Source of the DNA: the human T2T-CHM13v2.0 reference genome, Homo sapiens | DNA length: 64,000 bases | Reading direction: 5' to 3' (one strand) | Assembly (NCBI RefSeq): GCF_009914755.1 | Contig: NC_060941.1 | Shown here: positions 45,141 through 60,078 of the stretch, piece after piece | How the letters are laid out: each line of letters opens with the position of its first letter | Position numbering within the stretch: the first letter of the stretch is position 1 | Program-made: the position numbers and the translations under genes | Notes under the pieces: model-generated | Database searches by the model: none | Seen by the model: the letters and a program-made list of their open reading frames with translations, nothing else | Told to the model about the DNA's origin: nothing

Positions 45141-45337
45141 AGTGTAAGGCAGGACTTACCCCAATATTTGAAGCACAACTGAGTCTAGCCATCCCAGAGC
45201 TAGTTTTCTATCCGTCTCTGGAGTCTGGAGTGAAGGGGGGTTTCTGTGACATTGTTGAGGGTCTCATCACCAGCATTTTTAGGATACCATCTCTGGTGCC
45301 ACGGCTTTCCCCACAAAATGGCTCTCCTCACTATCAG
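45141..45337 (+). CDS. DNAH9: DNAH9 coding exon (probably exon 16), 197 nt, (E)CKAGLTPIFEAQLSLAIPELVFYPSLESGVKGGFCDIVEG...SPHYQ
   Basis: ttttcag|AG acceptor and CAG|gtactg donor; phase 1-0. Confidence 0.94.
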
Positions 45338-45446
45338 GTACTGGAGCTGCAGCCATCCTGCCCTCCAACTGTGTCCCGTCCAGCCGAATCTCGAACTTCC
45401 TGCCACACACTGGTGTAACCTGCCTGCCATTGTCTCGCTTCCCCAG

Positions 45447-45871
45447 GTCGACCTGGACGGTATACCAGATTTGGCAAACATGCGGCGCACACTCATGGAG
45501 AGAGTCCAGAGAATGATGGGCCTCTGCTGTGGCTATCAGAGCACCTTCAGCCAGTATTCGTACCTCTATGTGGAGGACCGGAAGGAGGTTCTGGGTCAGT
45601 TTCTGCTGTACGGGCACATCCTCACTCCGGAAGAAATTGAAGACCATGTGGAAGATGGCATCCCAGAGAACCCTCCCCTCCTTTCTCAGTTTAAAGTGCA
45701 AATCGACTCCTATGAAACGCTCTATGAAGAGGTGTGCAGGCTGGAACCCATCAAGGTGTTTGACGGCTGGATGAAAATTGATATTCGACCCTTTAAGGCA
45801 TCTCTGCTGAATATTATTAAGAGGTGGAGCCTCCTGTTCAAACAGCATCTTGTGGACCACGTCACTCACAG
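45447..45871 (+). CDS. DNAH9: DNAH9 coding exon (probably exon 17), 425 nt, VDLDGIPDLANMRR...FKQHLVDHVTH(S)
   Basis: ccccag|GTC acceptor and AG|gtacaa donor; FLLYG, QIDSYE and VFDGWMKID motifs; phase 0-2. Confidence 0.96.
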
Positions 45872-46783
45872 GTACAACAGTTGTTTTCACTTTCTTCCAG
45901 CATGCTAGGCTGTGAGGAACACCATGTTTTTAAACCTTTTTTATATTTTTTCCCCATGGGTATGTTGGTTAAATTAAAGATTAAGACAGCTGGTTAGAGG
46001 TTCTAGGCTTTTGGACACCATGGTAACTTAAGTCCTGCCCTTTTCTTTGTTCACCAGATAAGGCCTCTTTGTTTTGTTTTCTGTTTCATGTCCAGTGTGT
46101 GAAAGGCACGTGGTTAAGTGGTAAGGAATATTAGAGACAATAATAGCAGATCCAAGCTTCCTTCACAGCTCCATGCAATCTCTTTAAGCTTGGGAAGGAG
46201 AGAGGGTCTAATGGGCCTCTTTGTTTTACTTCTACCTCTTATTCCTTGTCTTGGATTATCCAGCTGGGCAATATGGATGTCACTAAAACTCTGTGCTCCT
46301 GACTGCTTGTCTGTGCCATTCTCACTGTGCAACAGGCTGGATGTGAAATTCTGTCTGTCCTACTGTGACCTAGACCACCCAGCCCAGCACTAGGCTCTCT
46401 AAGCCAGAGCATCATCCTCTGAATGAATAATCCATGTAGTCAACAGTCCCCCGGTCACTTTACCTTGGCCTGGTCCCCAGATACCCACCACAATTAGAAT
46501 CTCGACCCCCTTCTCAGAATCCCATTGGGGACCACCAGTCCCTCTGCACAGTGATTGCCCTTTGGAGTGCTGGACGAGACTGCAGGGAGGCCAACCTGAC
46601 CCCCTCCTCAGTTTAGTGCTGGTTTTGCTTAATGCTGCCACTGCCTTGCTCCCTGATCTGGAGCCATAGGCAGAAACAAAATGGTAACATTGAGAATTTT
46701 ATCTATCTACAAATAAACTTTGAGAGATTTTCCAAGGGTAATGTTCAACCACCCTAGGAAACCCCAAGAACGCTTTGTGGGGA

Positions 46784-47078
<295 letters not shown>

Positions 47079-47269
47079 GGGGATGTTTTAAATAGGGCTT
47101 CCTGTGTATTCTTCCACTTTCATGAAAGCTTTTCTTCCCTGAGGAACTCAGAGGCAAGAAGAGGAAATGCTGATGGGTGGTAGGACTGTGACAGATGCCC
47201 CAGGATGGAGCACTGTTGGAGGAGACAGCTGCTTTGTGGTCCCTCTTCATTGCTACGTCTGGTAATTCA

Positions 47270-47845
47270 AGGATAAGCAGCATGTTTCAAAATGCATGTT
47301 TTATTATTCAGGCACAGCAAGGCTACAGAGCAGCAGATGACTCCCATAAAAAGATAGGTTATTACTCACAATTCCCAGGAGGACAGTTTACAGCAGATAG
47401 ATTATTACTCATAGTTCTCAAGAGGACGGTGTATGGCATACAGGGCCACAGTGGGGAGCTCCAGCGTCCATCAGGAAGCAGAGGGGGGGCAGAGAATACA
47501 GGCAGGAGCCTTTGTTGTGATTTCTGTGGGAAGGAATAGACAAGACATGGCAAGCAGGCTCAGGATTGGCGAGTTTGAACATTTCAGTAGCTCTGGGGCA
47601 TAGAGGCTATTCCAAATTGTCTGGGACCTGGCCTTGGGCTGATTAGGGCAGGGGGATAATGGCCCAGAGCATGAGAGCCCCATAGAGGAGGTGGTTGGAC
47701 TCTGGAATAGTTGGTTTGCATATGGAAAGTGTGCTCACGAGCCAGCCACTGCTGTCTCAAGGAATTGCTCAGCCCTGTGCAGGGAAGTCCCTCTAGAGTT
47801 TCTAAGACCCCGATGTGAAAGGATCAAAAACACATGGTTGATACA
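47270..47845 (-). mobile_element. ERVL-class LTR remnant, family unresolved
   Basis: ttattactcacaattccc..., ggattggcgagtttgaacatttcagtagctctggggcatag resemble old ERVL LTRs. Confidence 0.5.
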
Positions 47846-50800
47846 GGACGTGGTAACAGCAGCTGCCATAGGCATCAACCAGGCAGGCTTTAAAGATCTA
47901 ATGGGGTTGGTTTAACAGGATGAACACACAGTAGAGCAGCTAGGAGGCCTGACTTTTGTGTCCTTGGATCCCTGTTTCCTCACCTCTGAAAGAAGACAGC
48001 CCAACTGGATTCTTCTAAGGTGTCTTCCGTCTTCTAGCTTTAACAGTTGGTGATTCTAGAAACTGGCTATTGTGTTACACTTTAGAAGAAGATTTTATTG
48101 TATTCTGGAGGATTCGATAAAATAGAAATAATAAAAAAATTATTATTGTCTCCTCTGTGCCATGTAATTATGTGATTTCCACCTTTCCTTAATAGGTCGG
48201 GATGAATCCCACCTTATGTTGCATTTTAGATACTTCATTCACTGCCAGAAGTCCAACCCCCTTTTATTACGTAAATTCTCATCTCATTCAGCTCTTCCTG
48301 CCCTAATCTGACTCAACCCCTACCTCTGCACTTGCAAAGCTTTCCTGTGCCCTTGCACCAGACCTCAGGATCTTACAGCAGCAAATGCCCACTGTCCCTT
48401 TCATCTTGTCTCATCACCGTTTTGCTCCAACTGAAACCTGGCTCCCTTCTGAGGACACTGCTTTCCCTCCAGCCCTCCCAAGTGGAGGCTGACTTTTCTC
48501 CTATATCCCTCTTACCAATAGGCCTGCAGGTGGGTAAGGTATGGTTGCTCTTCAGTGCTGCTTCCAGACCATTTCACCACCATCTTCCCTCAAAATCACC
48601 AGCTCTGCTGACGTGAATTCTCAGACAATACCAACTGCACTCTGCCTTGCTGCCATTAGTCCCTCTTGCTCACCAGTGCAGATCTTAGCATCTGGCTCAG
48701 AGGTTTCCCTTCCCACCCTTCCCACTTTCTGCTGATAGTCACCCGCCATGACCCAGCATCCACAGAATTTCCATCACACTGGCTCTTACATCGTTGACCT
48801 CCTCCCTCCAACGCCCTTCACTCTGCCATACCTCTGCTACCTACATCTCTTCTGCATTCTCAGTGGGGCTCAGAGAATGATGGGGAAGTAATTGCTCTGC
48901 CTTCAGAAGCTCAGGTTGAAGCATTCCACTCCCTGGCCTCCACCTGTTATCTTTCCACCTCACTTACTTGGCAACACTGCTGCACAGAATTCTTCAAACC
49001 CATCAGGATTTCCAATTCACTGACTCCCCTGCTTTCTCAGAGTCTATCATCCTTGGTCCCTGTTCCCTCCCATTCCCTCCCATTCCCACCTTGTAAAACC
49101 CTGACTGTTTAAACTCAGTGCTCCACACCTGCTCCTGAGCAATTCATCCCTGATGAAGCAAAATCAAACCAGTCTTCTGACCAGTCCTACATTTCATTTG
49201 TGAACATAAAATTCAGGTAGGCCCTTCACATTTTCCTAGACACTTCCCAATTCTTTCAGACTCCTGTTTCCTTCAAATATTTTCTCTGCCTTTATGACTC
49301 TGCCTCTCATTTCACTGAGAAATTAGTATCAATCATGAGAGAACTAATTCACCTTTTCACCAACAAATCTACCAACATGCCTGCATTTGAAGCTGGATAT
49401 TCAACCACCTCTCCCATGACTGTGGATAAGCTGTCCTTGCTTTTCTAAATCCAGTCTCTTTCCTCTCACCTTAGGACTTACCTTCTTAAATATTCCCTAT
49501 CTCCAACATTATCAATTCTTTCCTTTACACATTCTTAGTAGCATGTGGGCATATTGTCATATTTGCCACATTGAAAAAGAGAAAGGAGTATGACCCCACA
49601 AGCCCTTCCAGCTACAACACAATTTTTTGTATGCACTCCTTTACAGCAAAATTTCTCAAAAGATGTGTTTATATTTGTTTTTTTTTTTTTTTTTGGTTTT
49701 TCACCTCCCATTCTCTCTCTACAAAAAGTTTTATGATGAAATATAACATACATACAATTTAGAGAACAATATTAAAGAGAATATGTGAATTTGCATCATC
49801 CAGCTAAGAAACAGAACATTGGCTATATTTTAAAGTTTAAATCCTTCTCCCTCCTTGCAAGATGTTACTAGGGTCCTAAATGTGACATAATCCTTCCCAG
49901 GCTTTTCTTCATCACTTTGTGTATGTGTGTATGTATATGGATATATACACATGTGTATGCATATGGATGTATACATATGTATATGCATACATACATACCT
50001 ATGTGGAGATGTGCATTAAAACTTCATAAAAATGATATTATTGTATGCCATATATTTTTCTGTGTTCTATTTCTTTCACTCAGCATTATGTTTGAGATTT
50101 ATCCAGGTTGACAGTATAACAGTAGTTCATTTTCCCTGTCGTACAGTATTCCCTTAGATTAATGTACCACAATGTATCTGTCCATTCCATAGTTGTTGAA
50201 CATTTGGGTTGTTTCCAGTGGTTTTGCTCTTCCCTAAGGACACTGCTTCCCTTTTAACAATGTTGCTGTAAGAACTCTTATATGTGATCATGGAATGGGC
50301 AAGCATTCCTCTAGGGTGTATACTTAAGAGCGGAATTGCTAAGTCAAAGAGTATGCATATAATGCCAAGCTCCTTCCAAGGTAGAGACAGCCATGGGTGA
50401 AAGCTCTTACAGCCTAGCATCCTCCCCACCTCTTAGTATTGATAAATTGTTCAATCCTGGCCACTCTGGTGGGAGTGTAATGGTATCTCACTGTGGTAAA
50501 TATTTTGCACTACTCTGAGTATAAAAAGGTCCTCATCTTTTTATGTTTTTGGTGAGTCATTATGTTTCCTTTTCTCTGCCTATTCATATCTGTGGCTCAT
50601 TTTTCTACTGGACTTTTTTTTCCTTTTTGAAATTATGATTAGGAATTACTTACATTTTCTGTATCTAGTCCTTTGCTATTGTATGTCTTGCAAATGGAGT
50701 CTACCATTTTGTGACCTGTCTTTTCACTCCACTTATGGTGTATTCTGATAAACAAATTCTTAATTTGTGTGGCCAAATGTGTCCAACTTTTCCCTTATGT

Positions 50801-52347
50801 TGTTCTTCTTTTGTCTTGTTAAATCCTTTTTTTGCCCTGATATCCTAATGATACCCTCCTGTATTCTCTTCTAAAAGTTTTAAAATTTTATCTTTCACAT
50901 TAAATAGTCCCTTATCTAGCACTCATGAATATGAAGAAATCCTAATTACTGTAGCTTAGTAACAAATCTCTATATCTGGCAGGGCAGGTCTCCACCTGGA
51001 TCATTTTCATCAAGAATATCTTGACAGTTCTTGGTCCTTACCATTTCATATAAATTTTAGTCATCAGTTTGTAGAAGAAAAAATCTTTTAGGATTTTAAT
51101 TATATTTGTAGTGACTATAGATCAATTTGAGTAGAATTGATGATATTGAATATTCTTGTCCAAGAACATGTTGTCTCTTTGCTTATTTACATCCTTTTTA
51201 TGTCTTTCAGTGAAATTTTGTAATCATTGTCTTTAAAAATTTTGCATATTTTTGTTCAAATATATTCCTCAGTATTTTGTTTTTCAGTTCGTAGTATAAA
51301 TAATATTTTAAAATCATATTTTCTGTAGAAATTGAATTGATTTTGTACATTGATTTCATATCACGCAATCCTGCTAAATTAATTTAATAATTTTGATAAT
51401 TCATCTGTACATTCTTTGGTGTTTGCAACGTACATGGTCATCATCTACTAATTTATGATAGTTTTATTTCTTCTTCCTTCTCGGTCTTTATGCTTTATAT
51501 CTCTGTCTCTTATCTTACCACTCTGGCTAGGACTTCCAGTAGAATGTTGAATGAAAGTGGGGATAACATACGTCTTTGTCTTGTCTCTGATCTTAAAAGG
51601 AGTGCTTTTAACATTTCACTGCTGAGTACAATATTTGCTGTGAGTTTTCTGTGGATTTGCTTTATCTGATTTTAAAATTTCCCTTCTATTTCTAATTTGT
51701 TAGGAGTATTTAGCATAAATGGATGTAAAATTGTATCAAGTGTTTTATCTATGTCCATTAAGATAATTCTGGTTTTTCCCTCAAGACGTTAAAGTGGTGA
51801 ACATATTATTTGGCTTCTAATGTTAAAACAACCTAGCATCTGAGATATGCCCAACAAAAAGTATTATCTTTTTCAATATACTCTCTGGCTTATTGTGTTT
51901 GCAAATATTTTGTTTAGCATTACTGCACCTGTTTGTGATTGAATTTGGCCTTCAATTTTCTTTTTTTTTTCCTGTCTGTATCTGGTTTTTGGTTTTGTAA
52001 TTGTGCTAGCTTCATAGAACAAGAAGTAATTCTTCTTATTTTTTCTCCAGAAGAGTTGGTGTAATCTTGAAATTTTCTGATCTGTGAGAGTTTGATTTAA
52101 ATTTCTTATTGAGCCATCTGGGATTGTGATTTTCTTTGTAAGAAGATTTTAGCCTATAATTTCTTTAATGATTATGAAGATATTGAAGTTTTCTATTCCT
52201 TCGTAAGTCACTTTTAGTAAGTCGTATTTTCTAGGAATGTATCCATCTCATGTAAATCTTCAAATTATTATTATAAAATGGATAAGATCCTCTCAACTGT
52301 TTAATCTCTGCAAAGCCTATGGTGTCTCCCTCTTTTCATTTCTGTTC

Positions 52348-52764
<417 letters not shown>

Positions 52765-54103
52765 TAATTTATTCTTTTATTATTTCCTTTACTACTTTGG
52801 ATTTATTTTCTGTTCTTTGGCTAACGTTTGCTTGTTAATTTTGAGTCTTTTGTCTGTTTGCATGCTAACATTGAAAGTTATAAATTCTCTTCTAAATACA
52901 GTTTTACCTCCATCTTGCATTTTAGTATGTAATATTCTCATTACAATTTAGTTCTAAATACTTTTAATATTAATTATAATGGGTTTAGATTTTTTAATTT
53001 TTCAAATGTGAGACTTTTCTAGTTATAGTTTTTTATTAATTTCCAACTTAATTGTGCTGTGGTTTAGAAATGATATGTCTAATAACAAGCTTCTGAAATT
53101 TGTTAAAGTTTGCCTTATTCAATATAGTATATTCAGTTCTTATAAATTTCTGGGCATATTTGAAAATAATGTATATTCTGTAAGTACTGAGTAGAATGTT
53201 CTATGTATGCCTATTGTTCAAGTTTGTTAATTATTCTATTCAAATCTACTGTATCTTCACTGCCTTTTTTTAATCTACTTAATCTATCATCACTTACTAA
53301 GATAATTGTATTAAAAATCTTCCATTTTTAGTGGTATATTGTCAATTTCTCCTTGTAATTCTGTAAATTTTTGCTTCATATATTTTAAGGTTATGTTATA
53401 GGCATACAGATTTTGACTTTTTATATCTTCTTGGAACATTGAGCCTTTTAACCAAACATTAAACATCTTCTTTATCACTAGCAATATGTCTTGTACTAAA
53501 GTATGTTTTGTCTTCTATTAATGTAGCTAAAACAATTTTTCTTTGGTGACATTTGCTTAGTGCATCTCTTCTTATCCTTTGGCTTTCAACCTTGCTGTGC
53601 CCTTCCATTAGAAGACATTTTTATAATGAGCATAGAACTGATTTTTTAAATCCACTTTAGCAATATGTATTTTTTAACTGGAGGGTTTTGTTCATTAACA
53701 TTGATCGTGGTACATTTTAATTTAAATCTACCATTTTATTATGTTCTTTTAGTTTGCTATTCTTTTTCTTTTTCATTGACTTCCTTTTTTGTCTGCTTTG
53801 GGGTATAATTTTTCATGTTTTCTTTTATTTTCCTTATTCCATTTTTTCCTCTGCTACTTTGAATGTCATGCCATGTAGCTCTGCTGTTCTAATGCTTACC
53901 ACTGCTATTTTAATAAGCATCCTTAAAATAAGTAAATTTATTACTATTTTTAGTCTCTTCACAATGATTAAAAGACTTTAGAATAGTTTCATGTCTCCTG
54001 TTCATCCACCAAATTATATTCTATCATTCCTAGTAATTTAGATTGCTCTCTATTATTTATTTAAGCCCCAGGAACTATATATATATCTATATATACACCA
54101 AAT

Positions 54104-54383
54104 GTTTATTTATTATTTATTTATTTTAATTTTTTATTTTTTGAGTTGCAGTCTCGCTCTGTCGCCCAGGCTGGAGTGCAGTGGCATGATCTCAACTCAC
54201 TGCAACCTCTCTGCCTCCCGGATTCAAGTGATTCTTCTGCCTCAGCATCCCGAGTAGCTGGGACTACAGGCACAGGCCACCATGCCTGGCTAGTTTTTGT
54301 ATTTTTAGTAGAGACAGGGTTTCATCATGTTGACCAGGCTGGTCTTGAACTCCTGACCTTGTGATCTATCCGCCTCGGCCTCC
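54104..54383 (-). mobile_element. Alu (AluS), slightly 5'-truncated
   Basis: Antisense Alu ending cgcctcggcctcc. Confidence 0.88.
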
Positions 54384-55824
54384 TATTTAGATTTACCAAC
54401 ATACTTACCATTATTGCTCTATAGTCCAGACATCTGACTGAGGTATATCCCATTAGAAGTTCCTTTAGTAAAGGTCTATTGATGAAGTGTTCTCATTCTT
54501 TCTTTGTCTGAAATGTATTCATTTTGCCCTTGTTCTTTAAAAATAGTTTTGTGGAGGGGAGAATTCAAGAATAACATAAATTCTCTTTGATTATTGAAAA
54601 TATTATTCTACTGTGTCCTGGCTTCCATTTGTGTTGCCGAGTAGTCGGTTATCAGTCTAGTTTTGTTTTTGTTGTATGTGTGCTGTCGTTGTTTTAAGAA
54701 ACTTGTCTTTGCTCTGAAGCTAATTTTAAGATTTTTTTTTCTTTTGGTAATCTGTAGTTTCATAGTGAAGTGTTTATATGAGGGTTCCTTTATATTTATT
54801 CTGCTTGGGATTTGTTGGGCTTTCTTGATCTTACATTGCGTGTCTTTCAGCAATTCTAGAAAATGTTTAGCTAGACTCTTCTCAAATGTTGCTCTTGTTT
54901 GTTCTATTTCGTTCTTCTGGCACTTTTGTTATACTTATGTGTGATGTTTTCATTGTCTCCTGTCTTTTAATAACTTGCATATTTTTCCTTTTTTCTCTTT
55001 CTACCCTGCAGTTTAGAAACTGCTCCACGTATATCATACAGCAGTCTAATCCCTTTTCAGCTTTGTTGAAATTTAAATTATAATTATATTTTCCATTTTT
55101 AGATCTTCTACTCAGTTATTGTATAATTTTGCTTGCTTGTTTTTGTTCTTTGTTATTTTTCACATTTTAAGCCTTCTCTTTTATTGTTTTAAAATATGTT
55201 TATTAGAGTATAATCTTAAGACAGTTTTTGATTTGTCAACTTAAAAATGTTTGTTTCTTCCTGCCATATAGTAAAGTGATATAAAGGCCTACTGAAAATT
55301 ATGAGCTTCTTTCTCCTGGAATTCTCCATCAACATATGATCATTTATGCATTGCCAGCAAACACCTCTTGGAAGCTTTTTCTATGCTTCTTTTCACAAAG
55401 CAATGCTATCGCAAGCCGTAATTCTCATGTTATCCAGTTCATAAATTTTGCCACTTCTCTGAATCCAGCATTCAATACAAAGGTCTGCACCTATCACAGA
55501 TTTTGAGTGCGCTCAGAGAACCTCTGAAATGACCTCCATTCTTGATTCTATCCAAATCACACATTACATTTAGATGTCGTGTCTCCTCCTGAGTCTCCTT
55601 CATCGCAAGATAGGCCTCAGTCTTTGCCATTCGTAACCTTAACACCTTGTGCAAGAGGCCATATTCTTAACATCAGAGCATAGTCTATGCAGAGTGCTTA
55701 GTCAAGTGTTGGGCATGTGGTAGGATTTTCATAATGATAGATATTTTTGTTGGGGAAATCAATACATCTGCCTTTCGAGAAGTAGAACGAGAATGGTTCC
55801 TCATGTTCTGTTTGTGTTGATTAG

Positions 55825-56047
55825 CTTGGCCAACCTGGACGCGTTTATAAAGAAGAGTGAGAGCGGCTTACTCAAGAAAGTTGAAAAAGGAGATTTCCAA
55901 GGCTTGGTTGAGATCATGGGACACCTTATGGCTGTTAAAGAACGGCAGAGTAACACTGATGAGATGTTTGAGCCCTTAAAGCAGACTATTGAATTGCTGA
56001 AGACCTATGAACAAGAATTGCCAGAAACAGTGTTTAAGCAGCTGGAG
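55825..56047 (+). CDS. DNAH9: DNAH9 coding exon (probably exon 18), 223 nt, LANLDAFIKKSESGL...MFEPLKQTIELLKTYEQELPETVFKQLE
   Basis: gattag|C acceptor and GAG|gtcagt donor; phase 2-0. Confidence 0.95.
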
Positions 56048-56791
56048 GTCAGTGCATTTATGTCTTCCTTATAAAAGAAATAGAGGAAACATTTTAGGAT
56101 TTCAGAATGGGGTAAAGTGGGGTACAGCAAATGAAAAACAGGGCTTGGAGCTGCAAGATCCGTGTTTTGGAACTATAATGTGTAGCGTATTTGTAACATC
56201 TAGCAAATTCTGGAAACTCAGTACATATGGGAGAAGGCAATGCTGGAGATAGATGGGAGAATTAAGATGGATAATTTTTCTCCATAGAAATGAACCAATG
56301 TTTTGGTTGAGAAAAAAAAAAAAGCAGATCTGAAATATGTTAAGATGGTCCAAGAGGTAATGTGGGACATAAAAGAAAATAACTAAGCAACCCTGAAGAA
56401 TATAGAAAAGGGAAGGGGTTAATGTAGCTTCAGTAGAAATATGGTAGAAGCAATAGAAACCGAAGATTGTAGAAACATCTTCCTTTAAGAAAAATCTAAA
56501 AGTCTCTTTAGCATTCCAAGTTTTCACAAATTTAGAGGGCTTAGAGGACCAGAGGTTGAGAGCAAGAAGGTTAGTGTAGAGTGAGTGGTAGGTAATAGTT
56601 GAGAGCAGCTGCGGAAGGAAGTCGAGGAAGAGTGGGTGGAGGGCAGATTGTAGGGAATGGGAAGATGACACCACCACACCATTGTACCATCTTGTAGCAC
56701 AGATGGAAGCATCTGGGCTCTGTCCAGCTCAGGACTATGGGAGAGGAAAGAGCACCTTGGGAATCTGACCACACTGAGGTTTCCTTTGCAG

Positions 56792-56958
56792 GAGCTGCCT
56801 GAGAAATGGAACAACATAAAAAAGGTGGCCATTACTGTGAAGCAGCAGGTGGCCCCACTGCAGGCAAATGAAGTGACACTCCTCCGCCAGAGGTGCACAG
56901 CCTTCGATGCAGAACAGCAGCAATTCTGGGAGCAATTCCACAAAGAAGCCCCGTTCAG
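56792..56958 (+). CDS. DNAH9: DNAH9 coding exon (probably exon 19), 167 nt, ELPEKWNNIKKVAITVKQQVAPLQANEV...EAPF(R)
   Basis: tttgcag|GAG acceptor and CAG|gtatgg donor; VAPLQANEV motif. The gene continues beyond the window. Confidence 0.95.
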
Positions 56959-58146
56959 GTATGGGCCGAACACTGCTGCCTCTCTTTCTGTGAACACTGC
57001 AGTCTTTGAGTCATGGATAATCTTTTTGTGGGGCGTGTGTATTCTTCCAGCAGCTGCAGACCAGTTAATAATCTTCCTTCCCATTTAGGACCTTTGGTTG
57101 AAACGTGGTGCTAATGTGGACTGAATCCTATCATGACCTGTATGAAAAGGCCAAGGATTGTACAAACATCTTGCCTTAAAAAGATGCATATATATCTAGA
57201 AGCATCTTTGTGCCTCCAAGTTTATAAAGGGATGATAGGTGGTATAATTACTAGGATTTTACTAAACCTTTAGCATTCTAAGTTCTCACAGACTGTTCTT
57301 TTGGTTTTAAAAAGTGGCTGATTGAATTTTTAAAATTTTACAGAGCATTTCATTTTGGCAGCATAAAGGAAGGATTTAGGTGAAGGTTTTCTTCAGGGGG
57401 TTTCTCTCTGCTTGGTTCCAACACCTCCCTGCTTGTTATGACAGGTCTTTACATAAACAAAGCAACTCTAGGATCAGCAACACCATTCATCCATGCCCAC
57501 GCTGCACATACTTGGGCTCCTTTCTCAGGGATTTCCTCCCGTGGTGAAGCGGTCTGCTTCTGGTCCACTGCTCAGCATCAACGGCTCCAACCAGGAGGCC
57601 AAGCTGGCGCTCAATGGTCCTACATCTGCTGATGTGCCAGCTAGATTGGGTGCCCTTTGCCCTAACGCTCCAGCTCTGTGATTTGTTTCCTGTTTCCTTG
57701 AGCTTCCTTTCTTGCTGGGTCTCCTCTATATTGTTGGGTAGACAGACTTCAAAATCTCCAAACTGGAAAATTCTCGATGCTTACAGTGAGGAATGTTTTT
57801 ATTTTCAAAGGTTATTTGCCCACAGAAATATTAAAGCAACAAACCAAACAAAAAAAAATACAACTTCACTGGAACGAAGTTCAATAAAAATTAAGTGCAC
57901 AGATGCTAGATTCAGGTGGCCTGGGGTCTAATTTCAGGTCTTCTACTTACTTCTTATGTTATGACAAAGTTACTTAATACCTTTGTGCTCCAGATTCCTC
58001 ATCTATAAAATGTAGATGATAGTAGTGTCCACCACATATAGTTGTGGGTTGAATTAAAGAGATCATTCTTGAAAGTGTGTAGCACTGTGTCTGGTACTAT
58101 GGTGAAAAACTGTACTGGTTTGTCCAGGATTGTTCTGGTTGTTGTC

Positions 58147-58756
58147 TGGGAGTTTTAAAATCTCTCCAGGTGATTCTAAATGTGCAGCCCAAATGGCAGC
58201 ACATTGCTTTAGAGTCATAGGTTTTATATATTTATATCTTATGTCTGTTTTACACACTTGTCCTTCCCTGTCTCTTAACATACTCATCTTACTCTCTGTA
58301 ACTCCAAGCATAATGCTTGGGAGATAGCAGCATTTTCGAGGTAGCGTCTTGCTCTGTCACCCAGGCTGGAGTGCAGCATCATAATCATAGCCTACTGCAC
58401 CCTTGAACTCCTTGGGTTCAAGCAATCCTCTCACCTCAGCCTCCTGAGTAGCTGGGACTACAAGCATGCTCATGTCTTAGGAAGCACCTGTGTTCTGGGC
58501 AAACTGGATGGTTGCTCACTCAGCCTGGCATACCTATTTTTATCATTCATTCTTCAAACATTTATTAAGCAGCTGCTATCTCCCAAGCATTATACTTGGG
58601 GTAACAGAGAATAAGATGAGTAGGTTAAGAGGCGGGGAAGGACAAGTGTGTAAAACAGACATAAGATATAAATATATAAAACATATGACTCTAAAGCAAT
58701 GTGCTGCCAGTTGGGCTGCACATTTAGAATCACCTGGAGAGATTTTAAAACTCCCA
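58147..58756. repeat. 185-bp inverted duplication (58147-58331 / 58572-58756) with a 240-bp spacer
   Basis: Hand alignment gives 9 mismatches in 185 bp; ORF track shows near-identical peptides on opposite strands. Confidence 0.95.
58333..58469 (-). mobile_element. Partial AluJ/FRAM right arm with almost no tail
   Basis: gtcttgctctgtcacccaggctggagtgcag...gctgggactacaagcatgc. Confidence 0.85.
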
Positions 58757-59235
58757 ATATGCCCAGTGTGTCCTATATACTAATGAAGTTAGACTTTCTG
58801 GAGGCGAGACCTGTGAATCAGTATTTTGTAAGCTCCAGGAATTCCAATGTGCAGCCAAGTTTGGAAACCACCACCCTAAAGGGAAGTAATTGGTTTCCTT
58901 TCAAGCAATCATGCGGAGGAATGTAACTCCTAAGTCTGTATCCCTTTAGAATAATTGCCTTAGGAGCCACGCCCTTGTTCCAAAGAATCATCTGTTGCTC
59001 AAAACCCTTGTAGACTCCTTTGGGGACTATCTTTCAGAGTCTGAGGCTTATTCTTCTGACTCTTTTTTGGGCATGCAATTGAATTTTTGAAATTGAACAC
59101 CAATTCAGAGCCAAAACTGCTGAAGGAGGTAAGTTCTCCAGCTAGGTAATACTACTTAGTGTTAACAACAACCACTCCAAAGGCAACAGCCATAAAAATA
59201 AAGACACTAATATTTTTGCACCAACAGTCTCTCTC

Positions 59236-59540
<305 letters not shown>

Positions 59541-60078
59541 CAACAGTCTCTTAAGATAATTTCAAAAAAGAAAAAAATTCAAAGATGTTGGGGAAAATAT
59601 CCTCCCAAAGAGACTTCTAAGACTGCTTGAAAGGGAAACAACATTGGTGTGCTTTTGTGTCTGTTCGAAATTCGATATTCCTCCTTCATGGGTATATTTT
59701 GTGTATTGATCAACTCCTGTTTGTTTTTTCATTTTATTTTTATTTGATAGTTGTGTTCGTTTTTCTTTCTTTGCACTTGTATCTGCTGGCTGTGAGGATA
59801 CTGCTACTCTTAGCTGGGTGTTCCAAATTCACATCTGCTAATTTGACATGCAGATGAATCCCTGGAAGAGGATGCTTTGAAAAGAACTGCTGGGAAACCA
59901 AACATTTCTGCAATTTTGGTGTATTTCTCTTCTTGTCAAGAAAAACATCAGAGCTAAAATGGAATTGTAGATTTATCACTAAAGCGAATCTTAGTGGATG
60001 TCAACTTATGTGTTTTGTTTTCTTTCTTAGTTTGGTGTGTGTGAGTGTTCAAAATTTGTAGGTATTATGTGTGGCATG

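Noticed and set aside
45279-45890. 203-aa antisense ORF
   Set aside because: It mirrors the 425-nt exon and neighbouring coding sequence, as expected for a shadow ORF, and has no independent gene signals
45246-45908. 220-aa + strand ORF as a stand-alone gene
   Set aside because: It is the 45447-45871 exon plus stop-free flanks; the N-terminal part is an off-frame exon and intron
56102-57084. 191-aa and 186-aa minus-strand ORFs
   Set aside because: Non-ATG starts, biased composition, partly antisense to an exon, and no recognisable domain
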